Source: Octopus vulgaris (lineage: Eukaryota). Taken from it: a DNA stretch of 64,000 bases. Made by a program: the position numbers and the translations under genes. This document shows positions 41,237 to 54,270 of the stretch, piece after piece. The notes under the pieces were generated by a model. That model searched no databases. It had not been told where the DNA came from and saw only the letters and a list, made by a program, of their open reading frames with translations. The stretch is taken from contig OX597822.1 of assembly GCA_951406725.2 (NCBI GenBank), forward strand, positions 8,060,001 to 8,124,000, written 5' to 3'. Every line of letters starts with the position of its first letter. The stretch's first letter is position 1.

Positions 41237-41644
41237 GCAGGAGTGGCTGTGTGGTAAGTAGCTTGCTAACCAACCACATGGTTCCGGTTTCAGTCTCACT
41301 GCGTGGCATCTTGGGCAAGTGTCTTCTGCTATAGACCCGGGCCTACCAATGCCTTGTGGGTGGATTTGGTAGCCGGAAACTGAAAGAAGCCTGTCGTATA
41401 TATGTATATATATGTATATGTATGTGTGTATGTTTGTGTGTCTGTGTTTGTCCCCCTAGCATTGCTTGACAACCGATGCTGGTGTGTTTATGTCCCCGTT
41501 ACTTAGTGGTTCGGGAAAAGAGACTGATAGAATAAATACTGGGCTTACAAAAGAATAAGTCCTGGGATCGATTTGCTCGACTAAAGGCGGTGCTCCAGCA
41601 TGGCCGCAGTCAAATGACTGAAACAAGTAAAAGAGTAAAAGAGT
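41237..41644 (+). mobile_element. SINE family B, full length
   Basis: Same head and body as above, with a (GTAAAAGA)n tail. Confidence 0.9.
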
Positions 41645-41876
41645 ATACAACAGAATCTACTATGTCAGGCTCGGAGTAAACCAAAAAGGCGAGACTGAGA
41701 TGGTATTTTAATACTGCGCTACTAACAGTCAACGTGGTGTTAGTAGATGGTGTTAGTAATATAAACACTGCACTACATCTGATTCTCTATTCCCATCCCT
41801 AATCTCAGAGCACGTGGTGGGGGGGTTTGGTATGCTAGCCGCATCAGTTTATAGGGCTCTGTATGTGTGTGACTAT

Positions 41877-42102
41877 GCGAGCTGGCAGAATCGTTAGCAC
41901 GCCGGGCGAAATGCGTAGCCGTATTTCGTCTGCCGCTACGTTCTGAGTTCAAATTCCGCCGAGGTCGACTTTGCCTTTCATCCTTTCGGGGTCGATAAAT
42001 AAAGTACTAGTTACGCACTGGGGTCGATGTAATCGACTTAATACCTATGTATGTCCTTGTTTGTCCCCTCTATGTTTAGCCCCTTGTGGGTAATAAAGAA
42101 AC
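41877..42102 (+). mobile_element. SINE family A
   Basis: GCGAGCTGGCAGAATCGTTAGCACGCCGGGCGAAATG...GAGTTCAAATTCC. Confidence 0.9.
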
Positions 42103-42671
42103 ATATATATTGTATTTGTATATTGAGTACGTGTGCGTATGTTTCTGCAGTTTGTGTGAGCAAATGTGTGTGGATGCGTAGGAGTTACTGACATCCGTTT
42201 CGTAGGTGTATGTAAGATGATGTTATATGTGTGTCTGTATGTGTGCATGCATATGTGTTTGTGTGTGTGTGTGTGCGCGCCAGTATATGCTTGTATTCGT
42301 GTGATTTAGTATACGCTATGTATGTTTATCTCTTGTTTATGTGCGGGCATTTGGTATGTGTGCATATATTACTCTGTAAATGTACTTCACGTTGGATGAA
42401 TATATGTACATATATCTGGTGTAAATATGTGTGTGTAAGTGGTGTGTTCTTGCATATGTCAGCGTATACATCTCTGCTGTATGCGCGCGAACGTAAGTGC
42501 GACCATGCTGGATGTGATTGTGTGCGCCTGTGGGTATGTATTCTCAGGAGCATTTTTTTTTTTGTACGTGCATAACTATGACATTTGTAAGTGTGTGTGT
42601 GCCTGATGTGTGCAAATGTGTATGTGGTGTAAGTGTGTGCAGTAATTCTAGCTCAAGTTAAAGGAAACTCT

Positions 42672-42702
<31 letters not shown>

Positions 42703-43332
42703 CGTATTTTACAATACATATTTTCTTCATTTATTAAGTAATCGAACGCAACGCACGCCGAATTGTATTAACAGTAAGCATTTTTATACATCCGTGTGAC
42801 TCTCTCCTGCCTTCACTCTTTCTCTCTTTCTATCTCTCACAATCTCCCTTCTATTCTAGCCTTTCCACTTACACATTTTTCATTCTCCCACCGTCTTGTA
42901 TACCTAGCCTTTCTCCTAGTTTGTTCTTCATCCATTCCCCTGTTTCCTCTCTGTCGCTCTCTATCCCCCTTTCTTGCCCTCTTTCTCTTCGGCGAGTTGC
43001 TGTCTCTTAATCCGTGGCCAGCCTTCCTTGCTGTCCCTCATTTCTCACACTGGTCCCCGCAGCTGACCAGTCGCAAATTCTCTGTCTCACCGGTTTCTAT
43101 CATTTAAGATGTCTTCTAAGCGTTACTCACTATTCTTGTCAATTTTGGCCCTAATGCTGATCTTGCTCGTCTCTGATTCATTTCGTCTTTGTCCATTATC
43201 CTAAATCGCATTTATTCACTTTCGTGTGTCTATGCTGCATTGTTATGTCTTGTTTCCTCTTGGCCCCATATATATTCTACACAAATTTTTACGGGCACCG
43301 CCAATATGGGAAGTTCATAGTTTTATCATTAA

Positions 43333-43737
43333 CTAGCAGTATCGCCCGGCGTTGCTCGGGTTTGTAAGGAAAATAACTATATAAGCATTTTTAGAGAGTT
43401 GTAGCCAAAAAATAGCAAAAAATGCATTAAAAATGGAAAAAAATTGATGGTAATTTTTTTTAAAAATCGTTGACTCATCGTAGACTCATCGTAGACATTT
43501 TTAGAGAGTTACTTCCATTATATAATAGCGAAAAATGCATTAAAATGAAAAAAAATTATGGTAATTTTTTTAAAATCGTAGACTCATCGTAGACGCGCGC
43601 TAATACCCAGAATGGCTCGATATGAATCACGACTATAAGATACCCGGTTTTGGTTAAACTGCACCGCAAAATGTGGGAGTAGTTAGGAATCTAAATCGTA
43701 GGAGACAGATACACAACTTCTCTTTTATATATAAAGA
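43333..43737 (-). mobile_element. Non-autonomous Helitron
   Basis: Minus strand starts A|TC and ends with the hairpin CCCGAGCAACGCCGGG plus CGATACTGCTAG|T. There is no TSD. An internal ~120-bp tandem duplication is present. Confidence 0.85.
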
Positions 43738-43926
43738 TGGTGAGAAATTGACTATTACCAAATCGGTTGATAACTGATGAAAAATTAGGGACCTTCTGTG
43801 TCTGTCTCCCGTCCGGTTGTACACCCAATATGCGTTTTGTCTTTGTTTATCTACCATACATTTTTCATTTACGTTATTTATATTATTTATATTTGACGGA
43901 TATTTGTCCTCATCTTGTTTGTTATT

Positions 43927-43972
43927 AACACAACGTTTCGGCTGATATACCCTCCAGCATTCATTAGGTGTC
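43927..43972 (-). ncRNA. Minimal type I hammerhead copy (G5A damaged)
   Basis: GACAC CUAAUGA A UGCUG-loop-CAGCC GAAA CG UU|GUGUU. Confidence 0.65.
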
Positions 43973-44395
43973 ACGGGTTCTCTTTCCTAAGGTTCTCTTT
44001 CCTAAGGTATTTTTCGATGTTGTTGCTGTTGTTGTTGTTGTTATTATTATTATTATTATTGAGTGAGAGAGCAGTGCATGCCATCAAAGTGACACTGGGG
44101 TAAAATATACGAAGCCCAATATACCCATCAAGACCACCCGTCTGATAAGGGTACACTAGGCACATGCATCACAACCATATGTGCGCGACATGATGATCTC
44201 ATATCAAGATAAACAGCACATGACCTTGCAGGTGGGGCCCAGTTAGAATTTTCTTCATTTTGAGTAGCCCATCCTGCTCAAAAAGTCCCTGAATAAGGGT
44301 TGTTTAAGAATGTTGAACGAAACACCCATGTTCCCAGAGGTTAATTATTCAAACCCGAAAGAATCCCTCTCAACACATGGCTATGATGCTCCCCA

Positions 44396-44455
<60 letters not shown>

Positions 44456-44466
44456 CATCATTATTA

Positions 44467-44538
<72 letters not shown>

Positions 44539-44584
44539 GTATTAGTATTATTATTATTCAGATAACTGTCTGGGATCGAACTCG

Positions 44585-44649
<65 letters not shown>

Positions 44650-44696
44650 TCGAAAAATACCATACGAATGAGAACCCATGTTCGAAATTTTCCCAA

Positions 44697-44742
44697 GACA
44701 CCCGATGAAGGCTGGAATGTATATCAGCCGAAACGTTGTGTT
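44697..44742 (+). ncRNA. Minimal type I hammerhead copy (U4C)
   Basis: GACAC CCGAUGA A GGCUG-loop-CAGCC GAAA CG UU|GUGUU. Combining it with the partner copy restores CUGAUGA. Helix III is the palindrome ACGU. Confidence 0.7.
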
Positions 44743-45803
44743 AACAACAAACACGATGGGGACAAATGCCCGTCAAATGTAAATAATGTATATAGAAATG
44801 AATTTTTCATTTATTATGTATATATATATATATAAAACTATAAATTAGGCTATCCGAGAGATACCACCATGCTGAAATAGCAGGCAAAACCTGACCCTAA
44901 GGCCACCTTAAATGTTCATATAGCACTAGGAGAGAAGACAGAGAGACAAAATAAACTAGAAAAAAATATTTTTTACTGGATAATTCCAGAACCTGGATTT
45001 CTGGCTTTGCATAAGAGAAGCTCTGCCTTCTTCAGCGGAATATACCAGATAGCACATAAATACAGATACATATGTATACAGAAAATACGTTATACTTAAA
45101 TATACGAACGCCCATACATACATATATATGCACGTATGTACATGGCCAGCTTAAATTACACGCCTAACAGTCTTTATTTTGACCATATCGCGCTGTTAGG
45201 TGGGTAATTTAAGCTGGTCGTATACATAAGTGCATATATATGTATGTATGTATGAGTGTTCGTATATGTAAGTATATCGTATGTTCTGTATATATATCAT
45301 TTTTGAAGAGATGTAAAATTCGATACATAATATTTTGAAATATAATCTGAACATGTGTTGGAATAATTGTGAATTTGATGATTGCTTATATGTATTTATA
45401 TATGTATATATATGGTTATACATTTGTGTATATGTTTATATATTGTAATCTTCCAAAACTGAAACACGTATAGTTCCCTCATATTTAATAAATATAAGTA
45501 TTAACTAAAGTAGGATATAATTAACGAAGTATATTATATACCCTGTTGGTAATTCTGGTTATATGATTTAATAATTTCGTGATATCCAAACTGATACGAT
45601 GTGTTTACTGTCAGATATACTCATTGGGTTATTTTTGTATTATCTGAAATATTAATACCCGCATATATTAATATTGAATTTTATCAGATACTTTGTATAT
45701 TTATAGATAAATATATAAATATACGATAAATAAAAAACCCCAAAGTACGATATGTAGATGCATGCACCTGATTGATTCGGAAATTTGTTTAACCAAATTA
45801 TAA

Positions 45804-45923
<120 letters not shown>

Positions 45924-46261
45924 CGTTATAATCCCAAGGTTGGGCGATAACAATATATGTACAGAAAATTACATCAGATAAAATAAATTAAATTAAAATC
46001 ACGAGCAGGTGAGATGTTTAAAAGATTCATAATCGCTCTAGAATGAAGTAAAATTAAATAGAGTAAGGTGATTTTAAACTCTCCTCGAATGAAATAAAAA
46101 ATAAACCAGTTCACGAGTGAAATAAAAAAAAACTAAGTGAGGTATCTTACAATCGTTTCAGGTATAACGGAAAGCAAAAACTTGTTCTTTCGTCTTTGGT
46201 AGCTTCATTTCCTTCACACATATCGTATATGCACATGTACGTTAATACACACACAAAAAAA

Positions 46262-46672
46262 GGCGGCGAGCTGGCAGAAACGTTAGCACGCCGGGCGAAA
46301 TGCTTAGCGGTGTTTCGTCTACGTTACGTTGTGAGTTCAAATTCCGCCGAGGTCGGCTTTGCCTTTCATCCTTTCGGGGTCGATAAATTAAGTACCAGTT
46401 ACGCACTGGGATGGATGTAATCGGCTTAATACCTATGTCTGTCCTTGTTTGTCCCCTCTGTGTTTAGCCCCTTGTGGGTAGTAAAGAAATAGGTATTTCG
46501 TCTGCCGTTACGTTCTGAGTTCAAATTCCGCCGAGGTCGACTTTGCCTTTCATCCTTTCGGGGTCGATAAATTAAGTACCAGTTACGCACCGGGGTCGAT
46601 GTAATCGACTTAATACCTATGTCTGTCCTTGTTTGTCCCCTCTGTGTTTAGCCTTTTGTGGGTAGTAAAAAA
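46262..46672 (+). mobile_element. SINE family A, full head with duplicated internal unit
   Basis: GGCGGCGAGCTGGCAGAAACGTTAGC followed by two copies of the ~180-bp unit. Confidence 0.9.
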
Positions 46673-47539
46673 ATATATACACACACATGTACGTTACTTT
46701 GATAGCGTCCTGAATGCGTTCCTCTTCTCCCACCCCTTACTTCCATCTCTCTTTCGCTAGCGGTTATTTTTTGTTCTTCTTTTTCTTTCCCCCCTCCCTA
46801 CGTTTAAGAAATACTTCCCATCTCTCTTGTCTGTTATAATTAGTATATGTATACACCAAGAGATTTTTATGCGCGTCCGTATATGTATATGTGTGTATGT
46901 GTATTTGAGCGTATATTTATGTCTTACATATATGCCTGTTTATATATGTAGCTATATGCATGCATCTGTGTATTTTGATGTATATATGTATACTATAGAT
47001 GGTCTAGTATGCGTATAAACTGTGGTTAAATATTTATGTAATGCAGCGTGAACATTTTATTTTTAATGTATTGACTTATATTTCGTATATAATTATTTAC
47101 AATACGTATTTTGAATCTTCTCTTCGATTTAAGGTTTTCTTCCATTTTATAATAGGATGAATGTACATTGAATCCATTTATTTTGTTCATTGCATGTTTA
47201 AGACTGTTAATTGAAATGACCAATGAAACAAATCCATTTTTGAAGGTGTATCCTTTAAATAGTGTTGATTATATCGTTATTTCTGTTCCATTTTAACAAA
47301 ACTGTCCGACGAACGGGAACGCGATCTTTATTATTGTCACACTGCCTTCTGCGTAGAGTGACAATAATAAAGTTGTTACTATCGTGGTTACGTGATTGAA
47401 GTTTGAGCCCGATGGATCTATTTTTCTTTCTGGCTTTACAGTGTAAGCCTAGCCGCTCCACTAGCAATGTGCAACATTGAAGAACGAAGAGCAGTGATCC
47501 AGTCAGCAATGCAAGATAGAGTGCTTTGGTGACGAAAAA

Positions 47540-47863
47540 ACTAAAGCCAGCTATTCGCACCAACTGCGTTCTCTATTGTCGAAGCACGTCCACACACGGC
47601 CGACCAGATCATGGAAACCATTAACAAACTGAGTTTTTAGGGGCGGAAACACTCTGCCTACAACCCAGATCTCGTCCCTTTCGACTATCATATCTTTCGA
47701 ATGCTCAACGATGGTTTACAAGGTGGTCGATTACCTACGGATGAAGATGTGAAGGAAGCTGTGCACGAACAACCGTAAACATTCTTCTCGGATGGAATAC
47801 GCAAAGCTTGTAGACCACTGGGCCATGTGCATCGAAAAGAAAAGAGATTATATAGAAGAATAA
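47540..47863 (+). pseudogene. mariner transposase C-terminal remnant
   Basis: HSAYNPDLVPFDYHIF (YSPDLAPSDY-like)..DEDVKEAVHE..FFSDGIRKLVDHWAMCIEKKRDYIEE*. Confidence 0.85.
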
Positions 47864-48087
47864 CAGACTCTTGTCTATCATGCTTTTGCTTAAATACATC
47901 AAAAAGCAAGAATACGTATAAGATTTTACTGTCCCTCATACACACGTACACACACACACACACATAGAAATCATTGTGGTTACGTGAGCATAGTAGTACC
48001 AACTATAAGCACGCATGCGCAGAAGGCAGTGTGATAATAATATAGACACGTTATGGTGAAAGCGCTGATACATTTTGACTTACCCTC

Positions 48088-48123
<36 letters not shown>

Positions 48124-48164
48124 GACAAATTGGAGTTGTAAGGTACCGCACGAGTTGAATTATA

Positions 48165-48380
48165 ATACGAAAGAAGGCTTGAAAATGTAATTTTAAAAGA
48201 TGCTTATTTACTTTACCGGTTTCACTTTTTAGAAAAAAGATTGTCAAAATTATTGTCACAACCAATATTTAACGCAACCAAACTTCTACATGTTACTTTT
48301 GACAACCTTTTTCTAAAGAGTGAAACCGGTAAAGTAAATAAACATCTATTAAAATTGCATTTGCAAACCTTCCTTTGTAT
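48165..48380. mobile_element. Fold-back element with ~84-bp inverted arms between (TA)n tracts
   Basis: TTATTTACTTTACCGGTTTCACT..TTAGAAAAA..TTGTCAAAA is mirrored by TTTTGACAA..TTTTTCTAAAGAGTGAAACCGGTAAAGTAAATAA. Confidence 0.85.
48293..48337 (+). ncRNA. Type I hammerhead candidate with compensatory U3-A8 core
   Basis: UUACUU UUGACAA CCUUU-uucu-AAAGAGU GAAA CCGG UA|AAGUAA. Stem I has 6 bp, helix III is the palindrome ACCGGU and the site is GUA. Stem II is imperfect at its base. Confidence 0.55.
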
Positions 48381-48574
48381 ATATATATATATATAAATAT
48401 ATATATATACATACACACATACGCACACACAAACACACGCGCACACATATACATATACACACTCATACATGCATACATACATACATACATACATACATAC
48501 ATGCATACACACGGAGCGCGTGTGAGTGAGAGAATTCCTCTCAGCTTGATATGCAGAAACAAGCTTTTTCACCA

Positions 48575-48731
48575 GGTGAATACATGAATCACAACTTTCA
48601 AAAACATTCGAAAGCTAACCGTGCCGATCAGAAAAATTGATCGACACTAGTCATAGAATCATAAAGTGGCACAAGATGGTGGTCTCTGAATATTTTTGAA
48701 TGTTGTGATCCATGTATACACCTGATGAAAA
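48575..48731. repeat. Inverted repeat with ~44-bp arms
   Basis: TTTTCACCAGGTGAATACATGAATCACAACTTTCAAAAACATTC / GAATATTTTTGAATGTTGTGATCCATGTATACACCTGATGAAAA. Confidence 0.75.
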
Positions 48732-49146
48732 CGTTTTTTTTTTTTTCTAATGATTTAATTTATCTATTAAGCATTTGAAAACTGACTGGAAATTTGTATA
48801 GTGGATTGACTCATTATCCAGCTGTTATTAATTAATTGATTTATTTATTTATTTATCGCATCACTCGGAACCTGCTTCTTGCGTGGATCTGAAGAATATT
48901 GTGGACGTTGCATTTAGTGCATTGTGCGTTTAGTAGATTAGCCTTGTACTCAGTCGGGTACAGTTAATCGTATACATAACCTGAACATCTTTTTGCCTGT
49001 ACTTCGGTACGCGCGTATGTATTCCCCTATTTTCTTTGTGTACACATTTTATCTTTCGACCCAACCTGGTGCCTTACCATTTAGGTGCGTGTTTCACTGG
49101 TATCCTGGTCTATTACATATGTGTGTATATGTGAGTGTATATATGC

Positions 49147-49194
<48 letters not shown>

Positions 49195-49245
49195 CCATAA
49201 ACAGATACATATATGTATGTATATATATGTATATATATATATATG

Positions 49246-49276
<31 letters not shown>

Positions 49277-49280
49277 GTAT

Positions 49281-49625
49281 GTGCCAAAGGTCCCGTCTTC
49301 CACATCCAGGGTAAGGAGCAGATACTGTAATAGCCTGGGGTTCAGGGGCCCTCAGCTTTTCAACAAACTGCCAAGAAAACTAAGAGATCTACATGATGCG
49401 GATGTGGACATTTTCAAAAAACATCTAGACAAGCTGCTTTCCGGGATCCCAGATGAACCCACTGCAAGGTACGAAGGTAACCTAAGGGCAGCAGCTACAA
49501 ACTCTCTCTTAGATCAGTGGCCAGCCACGCAAACTGGACTTGGAGAGGATAGCAACAAGGGTGGTGCCCCAGCATGGCCTCAGCCGGATGGCTGAAACAG
49601 GTAAAAGAGTAAAAGAGTAAAAGAG
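49281..49625 (+). mobile_element. 3' end fragment of a second CR1-group LINE inserted in (TA)n
   Basis: [19 protein letters not shown]...[16 protein letters not shown]...ATNSLLD aligns by eye with the C-terminus of ORF 19309-20394. It ends in a (GTAAAAGA)3 tail. Confidence 0.85.
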
Positions 49626-50559
49626 TATATATATATATATATATGTATGTGTGTATGTGTGCTCAAAAATACGAAAACTAGCTCAAAATGTAAAACTTAG
49701 GTGGAAAGATCCCATTATCCTCATACTAACGAGCTAGAAGGGTACACTTTTTTCTTTCACTTTCCCTCCAGGCTTTTCTTTTTTTTCTTTCTCGTTGTCT
49801 CTAAGTTTGTTTCAAAGAGTTGCAACGTGGTATTTTTGAGCGCGGTCGTTGACAGGGTACTACACAGCATGCTATACAAGCGTGTCCGGTATCTGTACTC
49901 GCCGAGCAGGAAATTTATAGTGTTCCTCACCTCATAGATAAATCATGTTTTTATTAAATAATTTTCTCTCCGCTGAATGGAGTAGGTTTTTGCTGATTCT
50001 ACGTACAACACAACAGTATGCGATAGACAGGCGCACGCAAACACAAATAAATGCATAAACTACTGAAAATGTACAACCTAATTTTCATCAAATTATGCGT
50101 TCATCTTGATAACAGATATTTCATAGAAAGCCTTCGATACGCTACATTTTAAAAGCAATTAACCAAGCAGAAATAATCTGATTTGATGGAGACGATTAGA
50201 TATCCAAAATATTGTTCAATAACGATTAGCCTAAGCCGTTTTATAAATTCTTTCTAAGAAAAGCTACAGAAATACTTAAACATGTGTACAAAAAACAAAA
50301 CAAAAATATTTGTAAAACGAATAAATACGAAGTAGTAAAGTAAGTAGTTGAAGTGGTTCCCGTTTATTTACCCATCACTTAAATGGAAAGTTTAGGCTTA
50401 ATCAAAGACCCCATCGTCTGGCGCAGACTGTGATGTTTTTACTGCAATTTAACGGACACACAGAAGGGTAATTTATAGACAGATAAAATCAGTTATGTAC
50501 ACACGCACACACATAAATATGTATGTATACATATGGATATGTACATTCGTATATGAACT

Positions 50560-50595
<36 letters not shown>

Positions 50596-50699
50596 AGCGT
50601 CTGTACATGTATATATGTGTATATTTATATATCTATGCTTATATATTTATATATATACATATATATATATATTTATATACATATATATATTTGTATATA

Positions 50700-50730
<31 letters not shown>

Positions 50731-50743
50731 TTGTATATATGTA

Positions 50744-50809
<66 letters not shown>

Positions 50810-51175
50810 CACATATATGTACATACCTGGTGGTGTGTGTATTCACATTGGCTGTTAATAGGCAATATTATCACTGATTTATCAACCACGTTCACCCTAA
50901 TAAAACAGTTCAGAGCAATAATTAGTATATCGTTCATGTGTTTTTTTTTCCTACGTACGTCTGTTACCTCTTAATCCGAACGTCGCTCCTAAATTTTACA
51001 CTTCGTAAGTAATGAAAATTCACCAGTTCAACGGTGAGTGTTCTTCCAATTTATTTGTGTTGCCTAACTACTTTTATTTATATTATCAAGTATTCATAAC
51101 TTCAAACCCGGTTATACTTTATGTGATCATTAGTGTTGGCTTCCGTTCGGCTTTCATAGTTTATATATATGCATA

Positions 51176-51246
<71 letters not shown>

Positions 51247-52168
51247 ATATATTTTATGTGTAATTTGTGAGTATCATATTTCATCCTCTATTTTCATTTA
51301 TATATATCTTATCTACCCGTCTCGTCTTCTGTAATGCTGTATGATATTATTATGGTTCATTAGTTATCGTTTCAGACGCATTTCGCCATAGCGCTTTCAA
51401 TATGTTATTTACGGTTTTTATGTTCGGAAAGTTTTTACCACACTATGCAAATGCTTATATCATTAAGCATCACACAAATGTATGTATGTCTGTGTGTAAC
51501 TATGCATGTATGATGTATGATGTGTGTATATATGTATGTATGTATGTATGTACGTCAGTATGTATGTATGTATGCATTTATTTTTGCATATAGATATAGA
51601 TAAGTTTGTATATATATGGACATATTTCTATCTCGCTTTATATGTATGTGTGCACATGGGTGTGTGCATGTGTGTGTGAGTATGTGTGCATTTCTGTTTA
51701 TGTGTAATCGTTTATGCATATATATATAGAGAGAGATTTATTTATACACATACATATAAATAAGCACAAACACTTATATGCAGGCGCACACACACGCAAA
51801 TGTATTTATATAAAAACCTTCGACTTAACAGCATTTATTACTATAGAATTCTGTCTGTGTTTATACATAAGTGCATCCATAAAATACATATGAACACATT
51901 TATATATATACATATAAATATGTAATATATATTCATACGCATACAGATACATACATACATGTATATTTATATATACACATACATATATATATACATACAT
52001 ATATATATATATACATATATCCATGCGTATATATACATATATATATACATACATAAATATATATATATGTATGCATATGTGTATGTATAACATTATATAT
52101 GTGGAGAGAGTTAGAGAGAACTACAATAGAACAAACAAATATATATATACATATATGCATAAGATGTG

Positions 52169-52247
<79 letters not shown>

Positions 52248-52551
52248 TATACATATATATACATATATATACACATGTATATGTATATGCTACAATCATT
52301 CGCATGTGTACATACGGTCATACACATGTATAGAATACGTAAATTAATGGCTGCTTCCAAAAATATGTCTGCTAGACAGGTCAAGTAAACTAAGATGATA
52401 TTTATGCGCGGAACATTTTACTTCAATCAGACTAAATAAACTAATATCGTAACTAATAAATGATTATGTCTATTTTTTGTCAAATAAAAATAGCTTAAAT
52501 CCAGTTTTAACTATTGATTTATTTAGTTTGATGTGAACTTAAATCATAACC

Positions 52552-52605
<54 letters not shown>

Positions 52606-52620
52606 CTATGGTTGTATATG

Positions 52621-52776
<156 letters not shown>

Positions 52777-54151
52777 TAATAATAAAGAGAGGTGACAAAG
52801 GAATACATGATTATTTTATGAAGTTGATTTGCTTACGGTTGGTTCAGATATAAAATGCTATAGTCGAGTGCTTGAATAATATCCTATCCCTTCATTGGAG
52901 TCTCGAATAGGAAGTGCAATCTTTTTGGGAAAGAGTTACATTTAGGTCTATTTAGTGAAAGGCACCATCAATGCATCTTATATTAGTAACAGCTGTAAGC
53001 TAATGAAGTTCGTAAGATAATCATTCATTCCTTCGTCGTCTCTCATCTTAAGGATACTGAAATACTAGAAGATATTTGTTTGTACTCTAAATATATCAGA
53101 TATTGTATATTTTCTCTTTTTTCTTTTGATACTTACTATATGCATTGCAGTACAAATTTCTGTGGTATTCGGACGTCTATTTATCAATGAAAATATTAAA
53201 CAGTATTTTTATTTATTTCTTGACGAAAAAAAAAAGGCTTCTACACATCTACACACATACAGAATACACACGCATATAACGAATGTCATGGTGTGTGAAT
53301 CAATACAAACACACGTACGCTATCTCTGGCTTATACACACATAGAATTAGATCTCTCTATTCTCTCTCTCTCTCTCTCTCTCTCTCACGCTCTAAGCAAA
53401 AGAAAACGTTGTCATTTTGGCGTACACAATATTTTTATCATTTAGAAATATTTTTAAGTGAATGTGATTTCAAAAACGTAAGTTGTTTGTACATTAGTTA
53501 TCCATATTTTAGCTTTCTTTAAGCAGATAATAATTGAATGCTTTGTTTTATAATTATTTTCAAGAAAATACCATTACAAAAATTATTTTTGGCGTATCTA
53601 AAATATATTTTGAAGTGAAAATGACTAATTATGCTATATATTTCGCAAAAGACCCGTTCGTAACTTTGATATGAAATTTTATTTTCCGTAGTTTTTTTTC
53701 GAGTGCATTCAACGTATCTCATTTTCAAAGATTTGACTGCTGTTTCCTGCACACTCTGCTACCACATAACAGTTATTTGCTATAAAAACCCCGAAATACG
53801 GTTACGTAGTTGCAAAGCATGCAAGATATAGCAGCCAAATCTTTATTTCTCCTTGGAAAGGATCAGTTTAAGCATGATTTCGATGCCTCATTCGTTGAAA
53901 GCATGCAAAATAACCTGGAAAAGAAAAAAAAACACACGAAACCAAACTCCGTTACTGGGAAACTCTGTCTCAGGTGACCCAGGGAGGAACACAAACACAC
54001 GTTCGCTATCTGTGACATATACACACACATATTGTCGCTCTTTCTCTCTACCACTCTCTAAGGAAAAACGACGTCGATTTTTTGACGTACACACACGCTG
54101 ATATATGTTTTTTTCTATTTTTATTACAGAAAACTCTATCAATATTAATTG

Positions 54152-54270
54152 GAACGTGGAAAGTATTTGTAAGCCATTTAAGAACACACAAAAGCCGTAA
54201 GATTCACTTCAACGTTTAAATTTCATTTGTGTCAAAATATTTCCTTTGCTTTGAAACCGCGACCTGCTCA
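54152..54270. mobile_element. Single decayed arm of the 21486-21779 family, fused to other repeat fragments
   Basis: CGTGGAAAGTATTTGTAAGCCATTTAAGAACACACAAAAGCCGT.AGATTCACTTCAAC...GTCAAAATATTT...CCGCGACCTGCTCA. Confidence 0.75.

Larger units (their letters stand above)
43880..44790. mobile_element. Head-to-head pair of ~170-bp hammerhead-bearing repeats (43880-44060 minus, 44586-44790 plus) enclosing (ATT)n tracts and a ~335-bp insert
   Basis: ATTTGACGGATATTTGTCCTCATCTTGTTTGTTATTAACACAACGTTTCGGCTGATATAC...GGTATTTTTCGATGTT is reverse-complemented at 44645-44790. Confidence 0.85.

Noticed and set aside
48993-49595. 200-aa ORF as a host protein
   Set aside because: It is a chance read-through from microsatellite into a LINE 3' fragment.
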